Shown piece by piece: positions 27,501 through 36,573 of a DNA stretch of 64,000 bases (its first letter is position 1; every line of letters begins with the position of its first letter). The notes under the pieces were generated by a model, which was not told where the DNA came from, ran no database searches, and saw only the letters and a program-made list of their open reading frames with translations. The position numbers were made by a program, and so were the translations under genes. The stretch is from an uncultured Spirochaetaceae bacterium (GTDB taxonomy: Bacteria > Myxococcota_A > UBA9160 > UBA4427). The stretch spans positions 7,649 to 71,648 of the forward strand of contig CAYYSY010000105.1 of NCBI GenBank assembly GCA_964474355.1, given 5' to 3'.

Positions 27501-29650
27501 AGCAGAGCTTCGACGTCTCGGTGACGAACCCGGTGGCCATCTACCGCGTGAACGCGGGCGGACCCGGGATCGCGGCCATCGACGGCGGCATTCCGTGGGA
27601 GGAGGACACCGCCAGCACGAACTCGGCGTATCTCGCCGATCCGGGCTCGAACGACACGGCTGGCTTCGGCATGACGTCGTACGTGCCCGGGATCGATCTC
27701 GCGACGACCCCCACTGCGATCTTCGACACCGAGCGCTGGGACGGCGGAATCGGGCTGCCGCGCGTGACGTACTCGTTCCCCGTGAGCGCGGGGAGCTACG
27801 AGGTCCGCCTGTACATGGGCAACGGCTGGTCCGGCGCCTCGAGTCCCGGGCAGCGCATCTTCAGCGTCGAGCTCGAAGGCGTCGCGCACCTCGACCTGAC
27901 CGACCTCGACCTGACCGACACGTTCGGCCATCAGGTCGGCGGTCTCGTGACCCACGTGGTCGACGTGAGCGACGGCGCGCTCGACATCGAGTTCTTCCAC
28001 GGCGCAGCCAACAACCCGATGCTGAACGGTATCGAGATCATCGGCAGCGCCGCGCCCGGCGAGACGCCGATCGGGGTCGCTGCCATCGGCACCCAGACCG
28101 ACGACGAGGGCACCACGGTGAATCTCCCGGTGATCGCATCGGGTGGCGACACGGGCACGTTCTCGTATTCGGCGACGGGCCTGCCGAGTGGCGTGCAGAT
28201 CGAGCCCACCACCGGGCTCATCTTCGGCACGATCGACGTCGGAGCCTCGGCCGGCAGTCCCTACGCGGTGCAGGTCACGGTCGACGACAACGACGGCAAC
28301 GCCCTCGACGTCGCCACCGAGGGCTTCACCTGGAACGTGATCGATCCGAACGCCCCGGTGTGGATCGACCTCGCCGAGGACGAGTCGTACACGGGGCGGC
28401 ACGAGTGCTCGTTCGTGCAGGCGGGCAATCGCTTCTATCTCTTCGGCGGGCGCGAGAGCCCGACTCAGCTCGATACCTACGACTTCGCGACCGACACGTG
28501 GACGATCAGCGCAGCGCCGCCGGCCGAGTTCAACCACTTCCAGGCAACGGAGCACGAGGGTCTCGTCTGGGTGATCGGCGCGTTCGAGACGAACACGTTC
28601 CCCACCGAAGATCCCGCCGATCACGTCTTCGTCTACGACCCGGCGAACGACGTCTGGATGCAGGGACCGGAGATCCCGGTGGGCAGGCGCCGCGGCGGCG
28701 CCGGGCTCGCCGTGTACGACGACAAGTTCTACGTCGTCGGCGGTAACACGATCGGGCACGACGGCGGCTACGTGGCCTGGCTCGACGAGTTCGACCCGGT
28801 GACGGGCACGTGGACGCCGCTCGCGGACGCGCCCCATCAGCGCGATCACTTCCATGCCGTCGTGGTCGACGACGCGCTCTACGCCATCGGCGGCCGCCTC
28901 TCGGGCGGCGCCGGCGGCACGTTCGGGCCGCTGATCCCCGAGGTCGACGTCTACGACTTCACGAGCGGCACCTGGTCGACCCTGCCCCCGGCGAGCAACA
29001 TCCCCACACCGCGCGCCGCGAGCGGCATGGCCTTCTTCGATGGTCTCATCATGGTGATGGGCGGCGAAGACACCAGCCAGGCATGGGACGTCGTCGAAGG
29101 CTTCGATCCGCTGACGGGTCTCTGGCAGACGCTGGCGCCCATGAACCACACACGACATGGCACGCAGGCCATCGTGTCGGGCCAGGGGGTCTACATCCTG
29201 GCCGGCTCGCCCAACCAGGGCGGCGGCAGCCAGAAGAACATGGAGGTCTACGACGCCGACGCGCCGACCGGCATCGCGAGCGCGGCCGGCATCCTCTCGG
29301 CGCCCGTCGAGGCCACGGCCACGCCCGAAATGGCGGCGGCGATCGTGCTCGATCACGCCGGCGGCAACGAGGGCGTCGCGATCACCGACGTCGCGCTGAG
29401 CGGTGCGGATGCGGCCGACTTCCAGATCACCGCCGGCGCCGGGTTCGGTGTCGTCGGCGTCGGCGGGAGCCGCACCGTCGAGGTCGCATACGCGGGCTCG
29501 GCGAGCTCCGCTGCGGCATCGCTCGATGTCACGCACAGCGGGGGCAGCGTGACGAGCGTGCAGCTCGTGCCCGAGCCCGGTGCCGCGCCAGGCTTCGCGG
29601 CGGGGATCGTCCTGCTGGCTACGCTCGCACGGAGGCGGCACGCGCTCTGA
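24518..29650 (+). CDS. Large secreted multidomain PEP-CTERM protein (beta-propeller, Asp-rich Ca-binding repeats, lectin/Ig-like, malectin-like, He_PIG-like, Kelch repeats)
   Basis: Signal peptide (start TTG 24518 or ATG 24569); SLAFGPDGRLYV; DDDSDGYTNEDE and DDDADGILDAND; YRVNAGG..FDTERW; YSATGLPSGVQI; Kelch GG..Y..W repeats; terminal VPEP-TM-RRRH. Confidence 0.85.
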   Translation: MPPPHQAPRAPLCLVRFMLAFCLVLATPFTEARAQSFGASNLDFSTVASISNGTSLAFGPDGRLYVIQLDGTIDVLSIVRNGVDDYEVIAAEELSVVKNIPNHDDDGTADISTTREATGIAVAGTATNPVIYATSSDSRIGGPSGDKDLDTNSGVITRIAWVGTDLNDPNGDWQVVDLVRGLPRSEENHASNGLELVTVGGDDYLIVAQGGHTNAGSPSTNFAWTTEYALSAAVLAVNLTELEAMPISNDGVRDYVYDLPTVDDPTRANANGITDPNAPGYDGVDVNDPWGGNDGLNQAKVVPGGPVQIFSPGYRNAYDLVVTDGGAVYVTDNGANGGWGGFPDQEGGGSATNDYRVGEPGSNGADPVDGEAQVNNQDHLTLITTDIQTYAFGSFYGGHPAPTRANPIGAGLFARGTHSSDPGDANGNTYTDDWFRTQPYDPNGSGEATSAATALPADWPPVPFGLANPVEGDFRNPGGANPDGAVDAIVTTWGNNTNGIDEYTASNFAGAMQGDLIAGKSGGALHRVQLLPDGSLDTLTQNWVSNLGGNPLGITANGDDDPFPGTIWVATFNADIVVLEPQDFVICIPPTDPAYDPLGDDDSDGYTNEDEEQNGTDACNGGSQPNDFDKAAGAPFVSDLNDEDDDADGILDANDPIQIGDPLDAGSDAFALPVVNELFSDNALLGGYLGLGFPGLINNGAPNPNWLDWIDVPGDGPNPNDVLGGAVGAMTMQMTDGTAVGSANDQDKGFQYAALVDLSTGGFRVESRMLNFGSGEQLYPFVGSAQLGIQMGDGTQSNFMQLVVTHAGVEFMQELFDVPDTPQAASIAVGERPVTSMGLRLDVDSATGDVEASYSIDDGPFATIGTLTASGAVLQAIQQASDPIHVGLIGTSNVPGDEVEGTWDYLNVIGRKPTVEAPIEDIEVDLGATSQDVDLAAHFDDDDGDGNLTYQVMSNSNVSFGLAIVGGTLTITFPAALATTTIVVRATDANGLWVEQSFDVSVTNPVAIYRVNAGGPGIAAIDGGIPWEEDTASTNSAYLADPGSNDTAGFGMTSYVPGIDLATTPTAIFDTERWDGGIGLPRVTYSFPVSAGSYEVRLYMGNGWSGASSPGQRIFSVELEGVAHLDLTDLDLTDTFGHQVGGLVTHVVDVSDGALDIEFFHGAANNPMLNGIEIIGSAAPGETPIGVAAIGTQTDDEGTTVNLPVIASGGDTGTFSYSATGLPSGVQIEPTTGLIFGTIDVGASAGSPYAVQVTVDDNDGNALDVATEGFTWNVIDPNAPVWIDLAEDESYTGRHECSFVQAGNRFYLFGGRESPTQLDTYDFATDTWTISAAPPAEFNHFQATEHEGLVWVIGAFETNTFPTEDPADHVFVYDPANDVWMQGPEIPVGRRRGGAGLAVYDDKFYVVGGNTIGHDGGYVAWLDEFDPVTGTWTPLADAPHQRDHFHAVVVDDALYAIGGRLSGGAGGTFGPLIPEVDVYDFTSGTWSTLPPASNIPTPRAASGMAFFDGLIMVMGGEDTSQAWDVVEGFDPLTGLWQTLAPMNHTRHGTQAIVSGQGVYILAGSPNQGGGSQKNMEVYDADAPTGIASAAGILSAPVEATATPEMAAAIVLDHAGGNEGVAITDVALSGADAADFQITAGAGFGVVGVGGSRTVEVAYAGSASSAAASLDVTHSGGSVTSVQLVPEPGAAPGFAAGIVLLATLARRRHAL

Positions 29651-29720
29651 TCACACGGCCGGCGCCCGTTGGAAGGAGCGCGCCCATGACCGTCGTCGCC
29701 ACGAACCAGGAGCACAGCCG

Positions 29721-30452
29721 ATGATCGAAACCCAGAGCGACCCCTCCGGCAGCGTGATCGAGTTTCGCTTGACCGGCCAGGTTGCCGGTCGTGACTACGA
29801 CGAGGTGCTGATCCCCGCCCTCGAGACGGCGATCGAGAAGCACTCCAAGCTGCGGCTGCTCTTCCTCTTCGACACCGACTTCGAGCACTTCGACCTCGAG
29901 GCGGCATGGGACGACGCGAAGATCGGCCTCCGCCACTGGAACGTGTTCGAGCGCGTCGCCGTGGTCTCCGACGTCGGCTGGGTGCGGCAGTCGATCCGCG
30001 CCGCGGGCTTCATGGTGAGCTGTCCGGTTCAGCTCTTCGACGTCGATCAGGCCGAGGCCGCGCGCCGCTGGCTGCGCGAGTCGCTGGGCAGCATCCACCT
30101 CGACTTCGATGACGACGCCCGCATGCTGACCGTCACCCTGCTCGGCAAGCTCGAACCGAGCGCGTACGACGGTGTCTCGGACGAGATCGACGGCTTCATG
30201 GCGCCGCACGACGACATCCGCCTGCTGCTCGATCTGCGAGAGTTCGACGGCTGGCAGGGGCTCGGCGCACTCGGCGAGCACCTGACCCTCGTGCGCGACC
30301 ACCGCCACATCCCGAAGCGGGTCGCCCTCGTCGGGCACGCCGCCTGGCAGAAGCTCGCGGTGCGCGTGATCTCGCGCTTCGTGCACGCGGATGGGAAGTT
30401 CTTCGACGGCGACATCGAAGCCGCAAGAGCCTGGCTCACGCGCGAGGCCTGA
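29721..30452 (+). CDS. Tandem SpoIIAA-like (STAS/SEC14) domain protein
   Basis: Two repeats of G....DY..RLL..DF.G/H..AWDD..H....ERVAVV. Confidence 0.8.
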   Translation: MIETQSDPSGSVIEFRLTGQVAGRDYDEVLIPALETAIEKHSKLRLLFLFDTDFEHFDLEAAWDDAKIGLRHWNVFERVAVVSDVGWVRQSIRAAGFMVSCPVQLFDVDQAEAARRWLRESLGSIHLDFDDDARMLTVTLLGKLEPSAYDGVSDEIDGFMAPHDDIRLLLDLREFDGWQGLGALGEHLTLVRDHRHIPKRVALVGHAAWQKLAVRVISRFVHADGKFFDGDIEAARAWLTREA

Positions 30453-30463
30453 ACCACGCGCGC

Positions 30464-30577
30464 TCAGCGCTGCAACACCGTCACCACGCTGACGCCGGGG
30501 CCCGTCACGAGATCGGCCACGCCGACGCGCAATGTCCGGATCAGCGCTGCAACACCGTCACCGCGCTGACGCCGGGG
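30464..30577. repeat. 37-bp direct repeat duplicating the thiolase 3' end, separated by 40 bp
   Basis: 30464-30500 tcagcgctgcaacaccgtcaccacgctgacgccgggg versus 30541-30577 with one mismatch (a/g). Confidence 0.95.
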
Positions 30578-31689
30578 AAGCCGTAGACGTGGGTGAAGCC
30601 GGTCTTCGGATCGCCCGGCACCTGGCGCTCGCCGGCCTCACCGCGCAGCTGGGTGCAGACCTCGTAGACCTGCCGCAGGCCCGACGCGCCGATGGGCTCG
30701 CCGTTCGCGAGCAGGCCGCCATCGGTGTTCACCGGCAGGCGGCCACCGATCTCCGTCTCGCCCGCCGCGATCCAGGCTTCCTGCTCGCCGTCCTTGCAGA
30801 AGCCGCACTCGGCCATGTGCATGATCTCGTGCCCGACCTCGGTGTCCTGCAGCTGGGCGACGTCGACGTCCTCGGGGCCGATGCCGGCCTTCTCGAACGC
30901 GGCCTGGGCCGCGAGGACCGACGGGCTCGGCTTCATGTTCACCGGCGTCGACGGCGAGAGCGTCTCGAACGAGCCGTATTGCCGGGTCTTGAATACCGCC
31001 GACTTGATGTAGATCGGCTTGTCGTTGTAGCGCTTCGCATCCTCGGCGCGACAGAGCACGAGCGCCGCGGCGCCCTCCGACGGCGAGCAGAAGTGGTACT
31101 TGCGAAGCGGATCGCAGACGAAATCGGATTGCGCGATCTCGTCATACGACAGCGCCTTGCGCCGCCACGCCTGCGGGTTGCGCGCACCGTTTGCGAAGGC
31201 CTTCACCGCCACGCGGTTCAGGCAATCCTCCGTGATGCCGTGGTCGTGCATGTAGCGCTTCGTCTTCATCGAGAAGTACTGCGGGTTGAGCGCGAGGCCC
31301 GTCTCGCCGTACCACTGCCCGAGGCCGATCGACTCGAGGGTGTCGCCCACCGAGAACGCACCGCGCGGATGCTTGTCGAGCCCGACGGCGATGGCGAGAT
31401 CGCCGACGCCGGCGGTGATCGCGTTCGCGGCCGAGATCATGAGATTGCCGCCGGTCGCGCAGCCGTTGTAGAGCGTCGTGAACGGGATGCCCGTCAGCCC
31501 GAGCCACTTGTTCATCGTGTCGGGCTGCAACACCTCGAGGCTGCCCGCGTACGCGGTGTCGATGTCCTCCCAGCGCACCCCGGCATCGTTCATCGCCTGG
31601 CGCGCCGCGGCGGCGCCCATCTCGAGGGCCGTGACGCCATCGTGACGCCCGAAGGGGTAGAGCCCGATGCCAACGATTGCGACGTCCAT
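30541..31689 (-). CDS. Thiolase-fold protein, SCP2/SCP-x-like type
   Basis: VAIVGIG, NGCATG, CSPSEGAAALVL, DIDVAQLQD-like DVDVAQLQD, VNTDGGLLANGEPIGASG. Confidence 0.9.
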   Translation of the reverse strand: MDVAIVGIGLYPFGRHDGVTALEMGAAAARQAMNDAGVRWEDIDTAYAGSLEVLQPDTMNKWLGLTGIPFTTLYNGCATGGNLMISAANAITAGVGDLAIAVGLDKHPRGAFSVGDTLESIGLGQWYGETGLALNPQYFSMKTKRYMHDHGITEDCLNRVAVKAFANGARNPQAWRRKALSYDEIAQSDFVCDPLRKYHFCSPSEGAAALVLCRAEDAKRYNDKPIYIKSAVFKTRQYGSFETLSPSTPVNMKPSPSVLAAQAAFEKAGIGPEDVDVAQLQDTEVGHEIMHMAECGFCKDGEQEAWIAAGETEIGGRLPVNTDGGLLANGEPIGASGLRQVYEVCTQLRGEAGERQVPGDPKTGFTHVYGFPGVSAVTVLQR

Positions 31690-31702
31690 GGTCGAACGGC
31701 TC

Positions 31703-32131
31703 CTATTGCGACACGGGCTTGAACGCGAACGTCATGAGCGACTCGCCCTGCTCGCCCTCGGCGAACTTCTCGATGACGAGCTCCATCGGCTGTCCGATCT
31801 CGAGCTCGTCGGGATCGGCCGTCGTGAGCCGCGCCTCGACGCGCACGTCCTCGGGCAGCTCGACGTAGCCGACGCCGAAGGGCGTGAACGCCTTCGGGTC
31901 GCCGATGTACGGGTGAGGCGGAGGGAATCGCTGGATCGTCCACGTCCAGAGCTCACCGCGCTGCGAGAGCAGGATCTCGTCCACCGACTCGCTGGTGCAG
32001 GCGGGGCAGCTCTTCTGCGCGGGAAACGCGACCTCGCCGCAGCGCTCGCACTTGCTGCCGATCAGCCGGGGCGAGTCGCTCGGCCAGGTGTAGAGGCCTT
32101 CGGCGATGGGCCTCTCGGTGTGCTCGGACAT
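31703..32131 (-). CDS. DUF35 Zn-ribbon/OB-fold protein, thiolase partner
   Basis: CERCGEVAFPAQKSCPAC, GELWTWT, PFGVGYVEL; immediately upstream of the thiolase. Confidence 0.88.
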   Translation of the reverse strand: MSEHTERPIAEGLYTWPSDSPRLIGSKCERCGEVAFPAQKSCPACTSESVDEILLSQRGELWTWTIQRFPPPHPYIGDPKAFTPFGVGYVELPEDVRVEARLTTADPDELEIGQPMELVIEKFAEGEQGESLMTFAFKPVSQ

Positions 32132-32303
32132 TTCTTGACGCTCCGTCAGATTCGCCAGACTAGCACGCAATCGCACGCCTGAGGCGGATTCCGGCCGCGC
32201 TCGCGCGGGGCGCTCGGGTTGCTCGCCGCCCTCGGCCGCGCGACGTTCGCGCGGGCGCCGCGACGCGGATCGTGCGTCGACCTCTTCGACCTCGGGCGAA
32301 CGG

Positions 32304-34232
32304 ATGAGAGTGAGGCGCAGGGACAGGCTCCGCTTCTCGATCGAGCGCTTCCTGCTCGGCGGCGTCGGCAATCGGCTGATGATCGCCGCCGCCATCGTGC
32401 TCACGGTGGCGGTCGTCGCCGGTGGGCTGCTCTCGCTCACCGAGGGTGAGTTCGCGCCCGACGAAGCCGTGTGGTGGGCGTTCCTGCGGCTCACCGACCC
32501 GGGCTACCTCGGCGACGACGAGGGCGTGGCGCGACGAATCATCTCCACCGTGGTGACCGTGCTCGGTTACCTGCTCTTCCTCGGCCTCCTCATCGCGATC
32601 CTCACACAGTGGCTGAACGACACGATCCGGCGGCTCGAATCGGGCGTCACGCCCGTCGGCGTGCGCGATCACGTGCTCGTCCTCGGCTCGACCGATCGCA
32701 CGCCCGCCGTATTGAGACAGCTGCTCCAGACCCGGAACCGTGTGGCGCGCTTCCTCGCGCGCCACGGCGCGAGCCAGCTGCGGATCGTCGTGCTCTCCGA
32801 AGAAGTCGACGCGACGGTCGCGCGCGAGCTGCGCGAGCGCGTCGGCGACGCGTACGACGATCGCCAGGTGATCCTGCGCGCCGGCAGCCCGCTCCGCCTC
32901 GAGCACCTCGAGCGCGTCGCCTTCGCCGACGCTGCGGTCATCATCGTGCCCGGCGGCGACCACGCTGGTCCGAGCGCGCACATCGTCGACGCAGAGACGG
33001 TGAAGACCCTGCGAGCGCTCTCCGTCCACGGCAGCCGCGGCGGCCGTACGCTGCCGACCGTGGTGGCCGAGCTCGGCTCGGGCCAGAGCGCGACCGTGGC
33101 ACACAGCGCCTACGAGGGAGCATGCGAGACGATCGCGGGCGACGAGATCGTGGGATATCTGATCGCGCAGAGCCTGATCCAGCGGGGCATCTTCGAAGTG
33201 CTGCGCGAGATCCTGACGCTCAACGACGGAAACTCCGTGTTCCTCCGCGCGTTCGAGGCAGAGAGCGCGGCGACCCTCGACGAGATCCGTCGCGACGCCA
33301 GGGGAGCCATCCCGATCGGCTTCATCCGCGCGGGTGAGCGCAGGCCGCAGCTGAACCCCGGCCCCGACGTGCGCGTCGAGCCGGGCGACCTCGTCGTGTT
33401 CCTCGCCCGCCGCCACCACGACTGCGAGCTTTCGCCGAGCGATCGCCCACTCGCGCCGCGCGCGACCATGAGCCTGCCGATCCCCGAGCCCGGGCGTCGA
33501 CGCAGGGTGCTCGTCCTCGGCTGGAGCCGAAAGGTGCCGGCGATGCTCAGCGAGCTCGCGCGCTACGGCGCCGATGCATTCGACGTCCACCTCGTCTCGT
33601 CGAAGCCGGTGCCGGAGCGCATCGACGCGATCGCGAGCCATGGCGTTCCGCTCGCGGTCGACTGCGTGACGCACACGGCGTACAGCTCGATCGCGACCGG
33701 TGTGATCGATGGCCTCGAGCCCGAGCACTACGACCACATCGTCATGGTCGCCAGTGAGCAGCTCGCGAATGCCGAGCAGGCCGATGCCGCCACCGTGTTC
33801 GCACACGAGTTGCTGAGGGCGCGGCTCCCCCGCGACGGGACGGGGCCGAAGGTCTTCGTCGAGCTCTTGAGCGACGACGACCTCTTCCTCTTCGATCGTG
33901 CGATCGAGGACGTCATCGTGAGCCCGACCGTCGCGAGCTTTCTCGTGTCGCAGGTCGCGCTGCGCCCCCAGCTCGTCGGCGTCTTCCACGAGCTCACGAA
34001 GCCGTGGGGCGCGCAGATCGTGCTGCACCCCGCCAGCGAGTGGCTGCGCGGCGACGCGACGCCCATCCGCTTCGAAGACCTCGAGCATCTCGCGGCGGAA
34101 CGCGGACAGATCGCGCTCGGTGTGCAGATCGCGAACGGGGAGCTCCAGCTGAACCCCGGCCGCGAGGTCGAGTGGGCGCTCGGTCCCGCCGATCGGATCG
34201 TCACGCTCGCGACGTTCGAGGAGCCGGCTTGA
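32304..34232 (+). CDS. CASTOR/POLLUX (DMI1)-like ion channel with two RCK-like domains
   Basis: TM-pore-TM WWAFLRLTDPGYLGDD, DHVLVLG, second VLVLGWSRK domain, two LNP motifs. Confidence 0.75.
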   Translation: MRVRRRDRLRFSIERFLLGGVGNRLMIAAAIVLTVAVVAGGLLSLTEGEFAPDEAVWWAFLRLTDPGYLGDDEGVARRIISTVVTVLGYLLFLGLLIAILTQWLNDTIRRLESGVTPVGVRDHVLVLGSTDRTPAVLRQLLQTRNRVARFLARHGASQLRIVVLSEEVDATVARELRERVGDAYDDRQVILRAGSPLRLEHLERVAFADAAVIIVPGGDHAGPSAHIVDAETVKTLRALSVHGSRGGRTLPTVVAELGSGQSATVAHSAYEGACETIAGDEIVGYLIAQSLIQRGIFEVLREILTLNDGNSVFLRAFEAESAATLDEIRRDARGAIPIGFIRAGERRPQLNPGPDVRVEPGDLVVFLARRHHDCELSPSDRPLAPRATMSLPIPEPGRRRRVLVLGWSRKVPAMLSELARYGADAFDVHLVSSKPVPERIDAIASHGVPLAVDCVTHTAYSSIATGVIDGLEPEHYDHIVMVASEQLANAEQADAATVFAHELLRARLPRDGTGPKVFVELLSDDDLFLFDRAIEDVIVSPTVASFLVSQVALRPQLVGVFHELTKPWGAQIVLHPASEWLRGDATPIRFEDLEHLAAERGQIALGVQIANGELQLNPGREVEWALGPADRIVTLATFEEPA

Positions 34233-34357
34233 CCGAGCCCCGTACCGCAGCCTCTCGCGCCGGTGCTCATCTCAGTCCTCGACCGACTCCGTGCGCGGGA
34301 CGCACTAGAGTCGGGGGCGACTGCAGCGCCCCACTCACCACGACAGGAGCCCCCCAA

Positions 34358-34870
34358 ATGCCCACGCCCATCGAGCAGGAAGCCCTCGACACCTACGACC
34401 GCTTCGTCGCCCTGCGCGACCGGATCGACGTCGGCGAGGCTTCATGGGCCGACCTCGCCGACTTCTTCACCGAGGACGCCGCGTACATCGATCCGGCATG
34501 GGGCCGCATCGAGGGCCGCGAAGGCATCCGCGAGTTCTTCGTCACGTCGATGGAGGGTCTCACGGGTCACGGCTGGGAGACCCCCGAGAACTGGACGATG
34601 GTCGACGGCCATCGGCTGGTCAGCCAATGGGACCAGATCCTCGGACGCAAGGACGACGGCTCGCCCTGGATCGTGCCGGGCCTCTCGATCCTCTACTACG
34701 CCGGCGACGGCCTCTTCTGTTACAGCCACGACATGCTGAACATGACCCACGTCGGGCAGACGATGCGCGACATGAACTGGCGGCCCACACAGAAAATCAA
34801 CATCCCACCGAAGGTCGTGAACCGGGATGTATCGTTGCCTCCGGCGTGGGCGCATCTCGCGAAGTCGTAG
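34358..34870 (+). CDS. SnoaL/NTF2-like (nuclear transport factor 2 family) protein
   Basis: LADFFTEDAAYIDPAWGRIEGREGIREF; SD-like aggag upstream of ATG 34358. Confidence 0.8.
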   Translation: MPTPIEQEALDTYDRFVALRDRIDVGEASWADLADFFTEDAAYIDPAWGRIEGREGIREFFVTSMEGLTGHGWETPENWTMVDGHRLVSQWDQILGRKDDGSPWIVPGLSILYYAGDGLFCYSHDMLNMTHVGQTMRDMNWRPTQKINIPPKVVNRDVSLPPAWAHLAKS

Positions 34871-34896
34871 CTTCGCATCCGCGTAGCTCCCAAGCA

Positions 34897-35088
34897 GCGC
34901 ACGGGCGGGGGCGGGCGTCGGCGCAGCGAAGTAGAGCGCAGCGCCGCCCCGCACCCTCGCCGTGCCCACAAACGCGCGGCGTCAGGCGCGCGGAGCGCGC
35001 CCGGCGCCGCGGGCCCCGCAGCCACTACGCGGAGAAGAAGCCGGCAGCGAGCCATTCGCAGCGCCGACGCCCGCCCCCGCCCGTGCGC
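34897..35088. repeat. 192-bp non-coding element bounded by 34-bp inverted repeats (MITE/REP-like)
   Basis: 34897-34930 gcgcacgggcgggggcgggcgtcggcgcagcgaa is the reverse complement of 35055-35088 with one mismatch. Confidence 0.85.
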
Positions 35089-35177
35089 GCCCCCGGCTGC
35101 CATGCAGGCGCGAAGCTCAGCAGAATCGCGCAGTGGGGGAGTGACGTGCTAACCACCCGGGCTCACCGAGGTCCACC

Positions 35178-36527
35178 ATGAGCCCCCCTTCCGACCCCTC
35201 ACAGGACGAACACAAGACTGCGCCGAAGATCGGCTTCGCGAGCCTCGGGTGTCCGAAGGCGCTCGTCGACAGCGAGCGGATCCTCACGCAGCTGCGCGCC
35301 GAGGGGTACGAGACCGTCGGTGGCTTCGAGGAGGCGGACCTCGTCGTCGTCAACACGTGCGGCTTCATCACGAGCGCGGTCGAGGAGAGCCTCGAGACCA
35401 TCGGCGAGGCCATCGCCGAGAACGGGCGCGTGGTGGTGACCGGGTGTCTGGGTGCCAACCCCGAGAAGATCGAGGCGATCCATCCGAGCGTGCTGTCGAT
35501 CAGCGGACCGGCCGACTACGAGTCGGTGGTCGGCGCGATCCACGAGCACCTGCCGCCGGCGCACGACCCGTACCTCGACCTGCTGCCGCCCCAGGGTGTG
35601 AAGCTCACGCCGCGGCACTACGCGTATCTGAAGATCTCCGAAGGCTGCAATCACCGCTGCCGCTTCTGCATCATCCCGTCGATGCGCGGCGATCTGGTGA
35701 GCCGCCCCATCGACGACGTCCTGCGCGAGGCCGAGCGGCTCGCCTCCAGCGGCGTGCGCGAGCTGCTCGTCATCTCCCAGGACACGAGCGCGTACGGCGT
35801 CGACTCGAAGCACGCCGAGCACGAGTGGGGCGGGCGGGCGCGGCGCACGCACGTCGTCGATCTAGCCGAGGCGCTCGGCGAGCTCGGGGTGTGGGTGCGG
35901 CTCCACTACGTCTACCCATACCCGCACGTAGACCGCTTGATTCCGCTGATGGCCGAGCATCGGATCCTCCCCTACCTCGATATCCCCTTTCAGCACGCGA
36001 GCCCCGCCGTGCTCGAGCGCATGCGGCGCCCAGCGCACGCGGCGAAGACACTCGACCGGATCCACGCGTGGCGGGCCGAGGTCCCCGAGCTCACGATCCG
36101 CAGCACGTTCATCGTGGGCTTCCCGGGCGAGACCGACGATGACTTCGAGACCCTGCTCGAGTGGCTGGACGAGGCGCAGCTCGACCGCATCGGCTGCTTC
36201 TCCTATTCACCAGTCGAAGGTGCGAGCGCCAACGAGCTCGACGGCCCCGTGCCCGAAGAGCTGAAGCAGGAGCGCTGGGAGCGCTTCATGGAGCGCGCGT
36301 CGGCGATCAGCGAGGCGCGCCTCGCCGCGAAGGTGGGCACCGAGATGCAGGTGCTCGTCGACGGACGCGAGGGCGACGTCGTGATCGCACGCACGCCGGG
36401 CGACGCACCGGAGGTCGACGGCATCGTCCGCATCGAGGGCGACGACGATCTCGCTCCGGGCGACTTCGTCGACGTCGAGATCACGGGCTCCGACACGTAC
36501 GATCTCGATGCGCGGGTCGTCGACTGA
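35178..36527 (+). CDS. rimO: Ribosomal protein S12 methylthiotransferase RimO
   Basis: [39 protein letters not shown] (radical SAM CxxxCxxC), C-terminal TRAM with APEVDG. Confidence 0.95.
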   Translation: MSPPSDPSQDEHKTAPKIGFASLGCPKALVDSERILTQLRAEGYETVGGFEEADLVVVNTCGFITSAVEESLETIGEAIAENGRVVVTGCLGANPEKIEAIHPSVLSISGPADYESVVGAIHEHLPPAHDPYLDLLPPQGVKLTPRHYAYLKISEGCNHRCRFCIIPSMRGDLVSRPIDDVLREAERLASSGVRELLVISQDTSAYGVDSKHAEHEWGGRARRTHVVDLAEALGELGVWVRLHYVYPYPHVDRLIPLMAEHRILPYLDIPFQHASPAVLERMRRPAHAAKTLDRIHAWRAEVPELTIRSTFIVGFPGETDDDFETLLEWLDEAQLDRIGCFSYSPVEGASANELDGPVPEELKQERWERFMERASAISEARLAAKVGTEMQVLVDGREGDVVIARTPGDAPEVDGIVRIEGDDDLAPGDFVDVEITGSDTYDLDARVVD

Positions 36528-36573
36528 TCTCCTGCTCGACCGTTCACCCGCTCGACTGTGGAAAGGGCAGCCC

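Noticed and set aside
24650-29641. 1,663-aa ORF antisense to the PEP-CTERM gene
   Set aside because: Shadow ORF expected from strong GC3 bias; no recognisable motifs, while the + strand protein has clear domains
30464-30577. CRISPR-like geometry (37-bp repeat, 40-bp spacer)
   Set aside because: Only two repeats, one is coding sequence of the thiolase, no cas genes or leader in the window
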